DNA of 63,887 bases, the filler included, from Hausera hauseri (Eukaryota): NCBI GenBank assembly GCA_046269625.1. It is 12 parts of 12 records of this genome, joined end to end, with 100 filler letters (N's around TTAATTAATTAA, not from the genome) between each part and the next. Parts side by side here need not be neighbours in the genome. Positions count along the whole stretch, not along the records: positions 23,545 to 28,098 come from JBJURY010529788.1; positions 28,199 to 32,226 come from JBJURY010808754.1; positions 32,327 to 38,283 come from JBJURY010163198.1; 9 more parts are not named here. One strand, 5' to 3'. Under the pieces are notes generated by a model. That model ran no database searches. It had not been told where the DNA came from and saw nothing but the letters and a program-made list of their open reading frames with translations. The position numbers were made by a program, and so were the translations under genes. Below are positions 24,141 to 34,970 of the stretch, one piece after another (position 1 is the first letter of the stretch; each line of letters begins with the position of its first letter).

Positions 24141-27104
24141 TCAATATGAGGAACAAGATATCAAGTCCTCTATGTGCTGTCTTCCTGCATTTATCAACCA
24201 TCTACTCACATGGTTCTTAAAAAGTGTAGTATTCAAGCTTTTCAAGTCACCAGGGAGCAGATTGTATATTTTTGGTGCTAAATAATTAAAATGTCGTTGG
24301 TAAAGGGCCTTCTTTGCCAACTGCGGCAGGAGCAAATGTCGGTTTCTCGTCGAATACTGATGGGCTCTTTCCTGCATACTGTCTCTGTTTTTATGTAATC
24401 TGGTCAAAATTTCCTTAGAGTACAGCTGCCTAATATCTAAAACTTGAAAATCCGCAAACAGTTGTTCAGAGGAATATCTTATTGTCTTCTTGCTTATTAC
24501 TTTTAATATTAATTTTTGTACGTTCAGCAAAGGACTCATGTGACTATATGAGGCCCCGCCCCAACCTACAATCCCATATGTCAGCAGCGATTGAACAATT
24601 GCATAATAAACAGTTTTTAGTGTGGCTTTATCTAAAACCGTTCTAAGTTTTTTAAATAAATAGACTGTCCTCCTGAGTCTTTTACAAAGTCCCCCAATGT
24701 GCTCATCCCAGCGCAGCGAGGAATCAATGATTATTCCCAGATACTTGACTGATTTTTTCCTAGTCACTGTTTGACAGTTAACTCTGCAACCGGACTCATT
24801 TACGCAGCTATGTACCACTAACTCCTGAAAAGTTGTTTCTCCATGAGCAGTTGGGGAAAAACCGAGGAAGAACGTCTTTTCATAATTCATGCTAAGCAAA
24901 TGCAAATCCAACCACTGCTTAACAATCCTGAGGCCCATCTCCGCCTTTCTCTGTACATCATTCCAGTTTGCACCAGAAAAAAGAATAACGGTATCATCAG
25001 CATATGCTACAATTTTGCCATCCACCAGTAGTTCACACAAAGGATTTATATATAATAGAAAAAGAATTGGCCCCAAGACTGTACCTTGTGGTACGCCGTA
25101 ATCCACAACTAACTTATCACTGAGGTGCCTGTTCACCCTAACTCTTTGGACCCTACCTGCTAGATAACTCTCAAAAAGCTTCAAAGCCACTCCCCTCACT
25201 CCCATTATATGTAATTTTGACAAAAGAATCCGATGTGATATTGTATCAAAGGCCTTCTTTAAATCTAGAAAAACAGCCAAAGTCTTTTCATCATTATTTA
25301 TGTTGCTTATAACATCAGTTAAAAGTCTATGGATTGCATCATTTGTGCCGCGTGATGAGCGAAAGCCAAATTGATTTTCCGATATCAGACCATGCCTGTC
25401 AAGAAACCCAACCAATCTAGATTTTATGCATTTTTCATAAATTTTTGATAAGGTACCAGTCAGAGAGATTGGCCTGTAACAATTTATATCACGCTTATCT
25501 CCACCTTTAAATATAGGACAAATTATGGCCTCTTTTAAATTCTGGGGGAAAACTCCCTCTACAAAAGATAGGTTCACAAGCTTAGCTATTGGTATACTTA
25601 ATACAGTTTTATTCTGTTTAAAAAAAGTTGGCTTTAGTTGATCTGGTCCTGAAGCACTATTACTTCTTAACTCGTCTATAATTTTAATTATTTCATTTTC
25701 CGTGACTGGTCTCAGAAAAAGCGACTGTGATAAGTTTTCTTCAGTTTTGCTGACCGGTTCCTTGGTTGGTTGCTGATGTGTCTTCAAAATTTTCTGAGCC
25801 AAATCAGATCCAATTTTAGTGAAGAATACATTGAAGGCATTAGCCATTTCTTTATCATTGTCCCCAGCATTTAATACTTTGCCACACACTACAACTTGCT
25901 TGATGTTTTCCTTGTTAACTTGATCATCTGTGATTTCCCTTATTGTTTTCCAAGTATTTTTTGAATCTTTTGAAAATTGTAATTTTCTAGCAAAATGCTC
26001 TCTCTTTGTACTCTCTATTAACTTAGTTAGTAAGTTTCTGTATCTTTTATAGTATTTTGAAAGCGCTTGGTTGTTTGGATTTGACTTACATAATTTGTGT
26101 AATTTATCACGCTTTCTTATTGAAGTTACTAGACCGAAAGATATCCAAGGTTTAAGTTTTCTATTATTATGAGAAAGTGTTTTTACTTGTTTACATTTAA
26201 AAATAACATCCTCAATTATCCTCATAAACTCCTGGAAAGCAGTCTCTACATCTGTTTGTAACATGACTGTATCCCAATTTAAATTTTGCAATAATGTTGA
26301 GGCTCTAGATTGATCTACTATTTCACAAAATGTTTCTCTCTGTATTTTTTTTATTTTGGAAACATGTTTAATACCGAGCATTGTGGTATAATGATCAGTT
26401 ATTGAGTTTTGAAAAACGATAGACTTCATTTCCATGTTAAAATTTACCAGAATGTGATCTATACAAGTGGCTGAATTTTTGCTGACACGTGTAGGCTGCG
26501 TAATACAATGAGTGAAATTATAACTGCTGAGCAGATTTTCATATTGTTCAATCTGTCGGTGCTGTGCCGGTTCCTTAGTGTTTATGTTTACATCACCAAG
26601 AAAGATGCAGTAATGCATTTTTTTTGTGTCAAGGATTTCATCTAGTTCAGTTATAAACTCTGATATATCATAATATGAAGGAGACCTATACAATGCTATT
26701 ATTGAGAATATATCCTTTTCAACTGAGAAATTAATAGATAAACAGTTTGCTTGACTGATATATGGTTCTGTAAAAGTTACATTAAATTCCGACTTGACAT
26801 ACACGACCACTCCATCATTTTGTAGCCTATTATTTTTTGTAAAGTGGGCTATATAACCTTGCATTAAACGAGGAATAAAACCATCAGCAATCCAGCATTC
26901 AGTTAATATGATAGCGTCAAAATTAACTTTCAACTCTTCCATTTGTATAAAAAATTCATCTATGTTTTTACAATAACTCCTGATATTAAAACTAACAATT
27001 TTTATATTGTAAGGTGTAAAGTCCCTTCTAACGCTTTCAGAATCCAGGCTAACCACTTCCTGAATATTTCTAAATGAATCCAACTCTTCCAATAATGGTT
27101 CCAT
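24141..27104 (-). CDS. LINE ORF2: APE endonuclease + reverse transcriptase (987 aa)
   Basis: APE motifs: SFNIRS, LTECW, GVVVYV, YRSP, LGDVNIN, PTR, CIDHI, TDH. RT motifs: YRPISL, QFGFR, FLDLKKAFDTI, GVPQGTVLGP, YADD, YLGI. CR1/L2-type C-terminus YYAIVQSLLTYG..WG. Uninterrupted. Confidence 0.97.
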   Translation of the reverse strand: MEPLLEELDSFRNIQEVVSLDSESVRRDFTPYNIKIVSFNIRSYCKNIDEFFIQMEELKVNFDAIILTECWIADGFIPRLMQGYIAHFTKNNRLQNDGVVVYVKSEFNVTFTEPYISQANCLSINFSVEKDIFSIIALYRSPSYYDISEFITELDEILDTKKMHYCIFLGDVNINTKEPAQHRQIEQYENLLSSYNFTHCITQPTRVSKNSATCIDHILVNFNMEMKSIVFQNSITDHYTTMLGIKHVSKIKKIQRETFCEIVDQSRASTLLQNLNWDTVMLQTDVETAFQEFMRIIEDVIFKCKQVKTLSHNNRKLKPWISFGLVTSIRKRDKLHKLCKSNPNNQALSKYYKRYRNLLTKLIESTKREHFARKLQFSKDSKNTWKTIREITDDQVNKENIKQVVVCGKVLNAGDNDKEMANAFNVFFTKIGSDLAQKILKTHQQPTKEPVSKTEENLSQSLFLRPVTENEIIKIIDELRSNSASGPDQLKPTFFKQNKTVLSIPIAKLVNLSFVEGVFPQNLKEAIICPIFKGGDKRDINCYRPISLTGTLSKIYEKCIKSRLVGFLDRHGLISENQFGFRSSRGTNDAIHRLLTDVISNINNDEKTLAVFLDLKKAFDTISHRILLSKLHIMGVRGVALKLFESYLAGRVQRVRVNRHLSDKLVVDYGVPQGTVLGPILFLLYINPLCELLVDGKIVAYADDTVILFSGANWNDVQRKAEMGLRIVKQWLDLHLLSMNYEKTFFLGFSPTAHGETTFQELVVHSCVNESGCRVNCQTVTRKKSVKYLGIIIDSSLRWDEHIGGLCKRLRRTVYLFKKLRTVLDKATLKTVYYAIVQSLLTYGIVGWGGASYSHMSPLLNVQKLILKVISKKTIRYSSEQLFADFQVLDIRQLYSKEILTRLHKNRDSMQERAHQYSTRNRHLLLPQLAKKALYQRHFNYLAPKIYNLLPGDLKSLNTTLFKNHVSRWLINAGRQHIEDLISCSSY

Positions 27105-27106
27105 AT

Positions 27107-28098
27107 TTATGAAACTAATTTATTTTTGTTTTCCCTGAAAATTCTATTTAAATTCCACTGCTTAAGCTCCTCTTCTGTTGTACAATCGAGCCTTTTAATG
27201 AGTTTTTCTACGGCATCATCTTCTCCTGTAGTTAAATACCTAAAACTATTTGTGTGTCTAGAGAGAGCTACAACAGCATGCGGTTCGCTATTATAAATTT
27301 CTTTTGATCGCGAATCTATTCTAACTAAAAGGACATTTTTTGAAGTCTGTCCTTGGGCCTCATGAACCGTAAGTATATTGATTCCTGTAAGCCTAAAACG
27401 ATACAAAGTATCTATTAATATACGCTTTTCTTTTTGGGTAAAAGTAAGAATCAAAGTATCTGATTCCAACTGGTAAAATTGACCGTTTTTAATTGTGGGC
27501 CATACAGATTTTATTTTACTACTTGTTGTTATAATATTTTCATAATAGCAAGACAAAGCATAACAGACATCTACAGGGCATCGGCGTGTCTTATCAATGT
27601 TCTCAGCAGGGTCACAGAAATTTGACAGTTTGGACCAGTTTGTTTTACTGTTTGTCCTTTCAATATATGGGATCTGCTTTGAATCGCCAACCACTACAAT
27701 TTCAGAGGCACCACTCAGAATTGCAACAAAACCTATATATCCTGCGTGCATTAATAATCCTTCGTCAATGTACACCCTGTCATAAGCCCTGCTTTTATGA
27801 TTTATAATATAGGACGCAACCGTTCTATAGTCTTCGTATAATCTTAGACTTTCCTTACTATCAGAAAACTGCTTGGCTACAGTCTCCCGAATGTCTTTAA
27901 CTCCAGCTCGTGTTTGACTTAGTATAAGATCCCTGCCAGGTTTATGATCGGAAACGATGTACCAGGTTTTCCCCGATCCTGGTACTCCTTCTATCCATTT
28001 TATTCTCGGCAATTTACTTTCATTAATTTTAAGTTTATTTATTTTTGAGGTAAGTTCCCCATTTAACATTAACTCAGTGTCACGTGTCACTAAAACAT
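27107..28098 (-). CDS. Viral superfamily-1 RNA helicase (alpha-like/virga-nege type), N-terminus truncated by gap
   Basis: Motif I GVPGSGKT, Ia LILSQTR, II YIDEGLL, III VGDSKQIP, IV TRRCP, V TVHEAQGQT, VI VALSRHT. The frame is open up to the gap. Confidence 0.95.
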
Positions 28099-28334
28099 NN
28101 NNNNNNNNNNNNNNNNNNNNNNNNNNNNNNNNNNNNNNNNNNTTAATTAATTAANNNNNNNNNNNNNNNNNNNNNNNNNNNNNNNNNNNNNNNNNNNNAG
28201 AAAATCGATGTGTGAACTATCGCTGCATAAAAGTGCAGCTTTCAACAGAAAGACTGCAGAGGCGGTGTTGAAACGACCAGAAGATTGAGCGATATTGCCT
28301 AAGCCAGAATGTGCCGTAATATCTGGCGGTATTA

Positions 28335-29747
28335 TTAGTTTTTTGGAGGATTTGGAGGAAAGAAAGAAGAGGAAGAAAAGCTAGGAGAATTTCTGTTATA
28401 ATGTTTACAACCATGCACACATGATCTGGCTTGTGACTGATATTTGTTGTGGTATATACAAATAGGGTTATTTACAACGTATCGCTCACTAAAGAATCGA
28501 CAGCCCAAGACACATTTCCTTGCTTCCTTTCGAAAACGCATGTGGTAAAAACAAGTCATGCGTCCGCCAGGTGAAATTGACCGAAAAGAGTGCATTGAAG
28601 TGCTTCGCTCCCGTGAACGTCTGGTTTCACTTCGTCGAGGCCCATTAAGACTACTTAGTTGGCTAGTAATGGCCAAGATCGATTGTTTTATCATGTCAAA
28701 CTGTTGCTGCATCATTTGCAACTGTTCAGTAAAGAGTGTTGTATCTGTAGTTGGAGCACATGCGGTTTCAGCAGCAACGGGGAGAGAACTGTTAGTATAA
28801 AGAATCTCAAAAGATTTCTCAGCCATTAATGCCAGTTTTTTGATTGCCGTGGATTCGTCAACAACGGTCAGCAAGGCTCTAATTGAGTTGAGCAAAGACG
28901 ATAAAAAATAACGGCGAATTAAATCCGCGTTATTCGTAGGTGTCACTCCTAGCGCGCTGAGCTGTAGAATGGCTGTTTGGAGAAAGTCGGATGGTTTTTG
29001 GTTCCTTATCGCGTGGTCATTAAAATACTTTTGTATTATGTTGTCAATCGAAGGATCTGTGACATGCAGTACAGCTTCACAGAGTGTCTCGTAAGACGTC
29101 GATGATTGTAGCAACTCAGAAATATTGTTAATCTGCTGCTTGACGTTGGCAGGCAAAAGAATTAAAAGGCTATTGGCTCGCACAAAAGAATCTGTGATAT
29201 TGTTCGACTTTAGCCACTGTTGGTGGAATTGGAGCCATGGTTTGCTGGAGTTGTTCTTATCAAGGAAAAACTCCACACAAACCTAATTTAGCGAAACTTG
29301 GGACTGTTGGGATTGTGGCAGACGACAGATGTTGCCCGTATTCGTGGATTTATCATCCGAGCAAGACGGATTTAGATCCGATCCACCCCGGCGGTGAAAA
29401 TGGAGCATAAGGTGGATGACTAGACGTTCGTGGCACACGATAGGCAAGAGTGAGTCGGCGGGATGTACAGTGATACCTCGATGTGTGAAATAGAAAGTGG
29501 CAGTGTCGAGTAAAGAGGATAGAGAGGTGTATAGTACCTGCGTAGTGGAATTGATAGGAGCATTAATGGTCGTTATGTGTTGATTGTTATTGAAGATAAG
29601 AAAGGAAAGTTGCAGCGAAGCAATTCCAGGAGAATGGTAAAATGCAAAAGGAGCTTGTGCGGTTTGCTTCCGTGCTAACAAGATATGGGCGTGCAGCCGG
29701 ATAGCGGTGGCAAGTGATGCTTGGAGTAAAAGAGTGTCTAAAGACAT
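28335..29747 (-). pseudogene. Gypsy gag with in-frame upstream extension (one TAG at 29283)
   Basis: RNQKPSDFL, LIRRYFL..L, and two CxYH..Y...A..C...C knuckles. Homologous to gag 6200-7222. Confidence 0.85.
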
Positions 29748-30049
29748 TAGGCTGAAAATCTTTTAGAGTGCAAAATGATGGGAGCTATAAAGAATTTGTA
29801 GATGCGAAGTACATGGCCACACCGGTGGGCATAAATCAGTAAAAAGAACTTCACCCATCTGAGTTTGAATATCTGAGTCCTGGGTGTCGAATTTGGCCAC
29901 ATCTGTAGTGTTTTTCCCAGTGGATCATCCTTGTTGATTAAATGGACGCCGGTCTCGTCGACACCTCTCGAATGTTGGTTCTTTCTTTTGGTAAATATAT
30001 TGTTGCTGAGAGATTTTAAGAGGATATTGTGAAGAATTGTAACGAATTT

Positions 30050-30340
30050 TGAGCTCGTCGACTGATTCTCGCTACACAAGAAATGGAGAATACTGGCAGT
30101 AAAGTAACCGCCAGATGCTACCAAATTTAACATAATGTAATCGGATATATTGCGGTGTTCGATCATGGCATTACTGTTGACGAGTTCTTCAACTATTTCC
30201 AATTTGCCGTTGGCGCAAGTCAATGACAATGCGGTGTCTTTTCTTCATTCCACCATAGACTCGATGGCAAAACCGGAATATAACAAGAATTTCACAACTT
30301 CTAAATGTCCATTCAGAACTGACACTTGTTTGCTATAAGG
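30050..30340 (-). pseudogene. Ankyrin-repeat fragment of MASK/ANKHD1/ANKRD17 type
   Basis: GHLEVVKFLL..G..IE...*RKDTALSLTCANGKLEIVEELV....IEHRNISDY..L.L.ASGGY matches the MASK-family KDTPLSLAC...EHRNVSDYTPLSLAASGGY. Internal stop. Confidence 0.75.
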
Positions 30341-31362
30341 CGGAACTAAACAATTGTCAAATTCGAGATCGGATTCGTGGTCGGGATCATTGGTTTCTTG
30401 ATTTTCCATTTCCTCAACGGCTTCTAGATTGTCAACTTTGCAGCTAACTTTACCAACAATTTCACCTAATTTCCAAATGGATATACTATCACAATTATCA
30501 ATGTTTATCTTTGGCATGAATTCCATATGATAATTTGGCGACACAAAAACGTGTTTGCTGTTGCAGTTGTGGGCAAGATGGCGGACATGAGAGGAATAAG
30601 TAGTGGTGTTTGTAAGTACGTCGTTAGCGTTATTGTTTTTACGCATCTCACTCAGCATAACATGTTGAAAGATTGTATCTTTGTTAACGGTAGTGAGGCT
30701 GTTTTTATCAGCGAGATAAAAATCTGAATTTGAACTGCTTTGAAGACAATCATGAATAGGTAAATTTATTTCAAAAATTGTCTGATGTCGAAGAAATATT
30801 GAAAGAATTGATAATAATTTAAAGTTTATTATCTGAACTAAGTGATGACGCAGCAGCAGAGCGGAATGTCGACAGTGGAGTCCTCTGACTCTGTTGCAGA
30901 AGCCTTTTAACCTGTAAAACCTGTTTCTAAAAAGGTGTTGATGGCGTTTGGGTTGTTGTTTTCAGTTTGATTGTTGTTAGGGTAGCAGAGTTGGAAAATC
31001 ACTTTACGTCATTGTGAAAATCATCATGTGATTGGAAAGACAAATGTAAAGATTTTGTGTTATTTTTATTAAGAGAAAATACATCAAAATTTGTAAATGG
31101 TGTCGCTGCCTTATTTAGCATACGATAACGGCGACAGAATGCAGCTGCTATACGCAGCAATGATTGATATCGTTCAAGAATAATGTCCTTTTCTTTACGT
31201 TTCAAAACCCCGATTTGTGATCGGTGTTATTCGAGAGACGTATCAAGTGTCAACAACCAACTATTTATGTTCCAGCATGAGATGCAAACTAACTCTGGCT
31301 GCCCAAATACCAAACCGGTATCGGAATTCAATATGCAATGCGCACAGAATCTCAGTGAATCA

Positions 31363-32226
31363 TTATACACTGCCTTGTGTCACGTACAACTGTGCCAGAC
31401 TTAATTGGACCTTAACGAGACTTTCATCGCCCATGGAGTTCTTTTCGATTGAATCAAGATAATCCTCAAGAAATTTTATAGCTTGCGATGTCTCCTTTTC
31501 TTTGCACAATTGGGCTGACTTCGTTAATACCGCTCGGATACAATCCGAACTGTGGACCAACAACTCCGAAGCCATGTTTTTAACAGAATCCCATTGGTTA
31601 CTGTAATAGAGAAAGAGAAAATTGTTCTCTTAAATAGCTTCGCGTTGCTTCGAAATCAGCTTTTGTAGACAGACATCGTTCATGGCTACTTTAATTTTAT
31701 TCCGACTATCGAATATGTTCTGATCTTGGTTAATACAAATAACCTTATTTGCAGAAACTCCCAATACGTCACCTTTACCGCACCTCTTCTTCGGAACATC
31801 ATGGTAAATAGTACTAGCTTTTTGTATTTTGTTCATTTTCTGTAAACAGTAAGCTCGTTGAACTCTTATTGTACAAAGTTCCTCATCCGTTTGACTTGGT
31901 GTTAAATCCTGTTCTTCTGATGAACGAATACACATTTTTTCGGCTTTGTTAAGTTTATTCAATGCAGCACCGTACTAAATCAGTGCAGCTAAATGACATG
32001 CTTTGTTGAAGTACGTTTCGTACAACGATTCTGGTACATTTGGAAATTCCTTCTTCCTTGCCAAAAATTGTGCTACAGCAGTTATAGTTTCACTCATATT
32101 AACAAACCTTTCATCCTTATATACATCTCTAATATTATTTGTCAATGTCTTGTACTTTTCCAATGCATCTTCGTATAATTCCTGCTTGTGCAGAATTTGA
32201 GCCAACTCCTGCCATCCGTATCTTGC
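31363..32226 (-). pseudogene. SRP72: Signal recognition particle 72 kDa subunit, disrupted
   Basis: AQIL...Y....KY..L.....D.Y.DER..N, E..FN.AC, L.KAE..C, EL..I.VQ.AY.LQ, V.AN....IN.DQNIFDS..K.K are collinear with SRP72. In-frame stops. Confidence 0.82.
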
Positions 32227-32326
32227 NNNNNNNNNNNNNNNNNNNNNNNNNNNNNNNNNNNNNNNNNNNNTTAATTAATTAANNNNNNNNNNNNNNNNNN
32301 NNNNNNNNNNNNNNNNNNNNNNNNNN

Positions 32327-34470
32327 ATCGTACTTGTCTTTGTTTTAAGTCTTGATAAGGCGTCTGCGTCTACATGTTTACTTCCGGGTTTATATTGAAA
32401 TTCGATATTGTACCGCGAAATTTCCTCAATCCATCGATTCAATCGACACGTCGGGTTATTATTCCTGCCCTTTAGTGTGGTAACAGCTTTATAATCGGTA
32501 ACTCTAATAATTTTCTGACCGTAGACATAGACATTAAAATGTCTCAAGGCTTCTTTTACGGCTAGTGCCTCTAAATCAGTGACTGAATAGTTTTTTCAGC
32601 TTTCTTAAGCGATCGTCCTCCATATGCAGTTGGATGCTCCAATTCTTCGTCTTCTCGTTTTTGAGCTAAATCGTAAACAAGTCCTTCCTTACTTGCGTCT
32701 GTTTTAATTATAAATGGTAAATTGAAATCCGGGTATCTTAACACTGGTTCACTCGTTAAAATTTTCTTTATTTCATCAAATGCTTTCTGTTCAACATGGA
32801 TCCATTTCCATTTTATGCCTTTTTTCAATAGACGATATAAAGGTGCATTTATTTTCGAACTGTCTGGTACGTAGGTGGCATAATATCCGCATAAGCCTAA
32901 CATATGTCTTTATTCTTTTTCATTTTGGAGTTCCATACAATCTGATATTTTGTTTAATAAGGATTTATCTGGCTTTGATCCTCCTTCTCCAACTATATGT
33001 CCAAGATAAGATACAGCATTTTGTGCCCATTTACATTTCTTTGGGTTCAGTTTTAATCCTGCCTGTTCCAATCACATAAGAGTATCTTCGATGTACTTTA
33101 GGTGTTCTTCTTCTGTTCTTGACGCTATCATTACATGGTCTAAATATGCGAACGCATGATCAAGTCCCATTAACATTTTATTCATCATTCTGGTGAAGAT
33201 AGCTGGGCTGGTTGTTATACCGAACGGCATGACATTAAATTCGTAAACTCCGTCGTGTGTCTTAAATGCAGTTTTATAACGGTCATCCTCTTCAATTTTC
33301 ACTTGCCAAAATCCTGATTGCAAATCTAAAGTGTTAAACCACTTTGCTCCTGATAATCGGTCTAAAGCTTCTTTTACTGACGGTAGTTGAAATGAGTCCT
33401 TCATCATAAGCGTGTTCAGGGCTTGGTAATCTATACAGAATCGATGTTTTGTGGTACCTTTTTTCTTGACCATAAATATTGGTAAGTACCAAGACCGGCA
33501 GCTTGGGCGTATTATGTCGGCCTTTAACATACATTCTACTTCTTTAGTTATTTCGGGCCTTAATGAATGAGGCGGTGGATACCATTTTGGCGTTTTTTGC
33601 TCTTCCAAATCGATTTCGTCGTTGGAGCGAGGTTTATTTTTTAATGGAATGGTTAGCCTTAATGTCTTTGCTCTACCTATGTATTCTTTGTTTTGAGCAA
33701 TAACCGATTTATATTTACAGAGTAATTTGTAAAATTGACAATACGCTTCTAGTGAAAATTTTGTTTCGACATGAGGTAGAAATTCGGCACATTTAAATGG
33801 CTTTTCCTCGATTGTTATTGCCGATACCTTATAAGTATGACCCAAGGTAGTATTGACATACAATTTTACGCGAGTAATTGCATTATTTACTATTCTGATT
33901 GGTATCCTTCCTTTTGTTACTCGTGTCAAAATGTTACTAAGTATGATATTTGGATTAACGTTTTCTTGTGGCTCAAAATATACCGGCTGGTCGTCTTCTT
34001 CTCGGATCTGGGCATAAATTAACATTTCGGTTATGGGTGGAATATATTCATCGACGGGGATCCATACTTCGCCTAGTTTCCTTCCTTTCATTATTTTAAT
34101 TCCTTTCGGTGGTCCGAGTTCAAGTAATTTTCCAGTCTGTACGTTATCGCAATATTGGGTAATTGTTTCAGTATGTCGCAACCTAATACTACATCATGGG
34201 TTAGGTGGTCAATTACGGCAAATTCATGTCGAAGAATTTGGCCCATTAGTTGAACTAAGGGAAACTATTTAAATTTCGGTTTGGATTCTTGCCCGAAGGC
34301 TCCTATGCTTCCTGGATTTGATGACGATGCTGGCTGCATTTGTTTCCGTAATATCGGCGGTATTGATTCTAATTTGATAAACGATTTTTCCAATCCGGTG
34401 TCGATTAAGGCATAGACTTCCTAATCGTCAATGGTAACTTGTGTGAAGGGTCTACCTTCCATAACTGTTC
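32327..34470 (-). pseudogene. Ty3/gypsy pol: protease-RT-RNase H (degenerate, cut by gap)
   Basis: ALIDTG at ~34400, RFCIDY, LDLQSGFWQV, KTAF, MPFGI, AYLDH (decayed YLDD), LGLCGYY, IKTDAS, TDYKA, YKPG..H..ADALSR. Confidence 0.93.
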
Positions 34471-34970
34471 CATAACAACACGACACGTCCTTTGGTCGTT
34501 TAACTGAAGAAATCTTATGTCCGTTTATCATTATTTCTGGTGATGAAATGATATTCTCGGTCAACTGTTTCAGTTCTTCGTTAGGGTATAAGTCGTTGAT
34601 TGTTACATTACCTGCGTTGTTTCTAATTAATGATTCTTGTATTATTGGGTTTTGAACCGATTTCAGTCCTTGTGTTCCCCAGACTCTTGATCTTGTCTCT
34701 ATATTACGAGCTATTCTCGGTTAATACAATATCCTCTGGTCATTTTCCGCTGGTCGTTGATTAGTTATTTGCATTTTCTTTAATACCCCATATTGTTTTG
34801 TATTATTGTAATACTCCGATTTATATGACATCATAGATGTTTTGTCGCAATCTTCATATATTGGAGCTGTGGGTGGAATAATGGGCCAGGGTGCATTGAT
34901 TACTGAATACATTTTGTGTCTGTTTTGTCTGAGGATTGTTTCTCCTTCCTTAGGCTAGTCGTCACCGGAG

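Larger units (their letters stand above)
23545..28098 (-). mobile_element. Intact LINE (CR1/L2-like group) carrying a viral SF1 RNA helicase ORF; 5' end cut by gap
   Basis: Helicase ORF, 2-nt gap, APE-RT ORF2, ~520-bp 3' UTR, AATAAA, then (TTA)n tail. Confidence 0.95.

Noticed and set aside
27107-28098. Stand-alone endogenous RNA virus or cellular UvrD/Upf1 helicase
   Set aside because: No RdRp follows the helicase (LINE ORF2 starts 2 nt later), and the motif spacing is the compact viral SF1 type rather than the cellular type.
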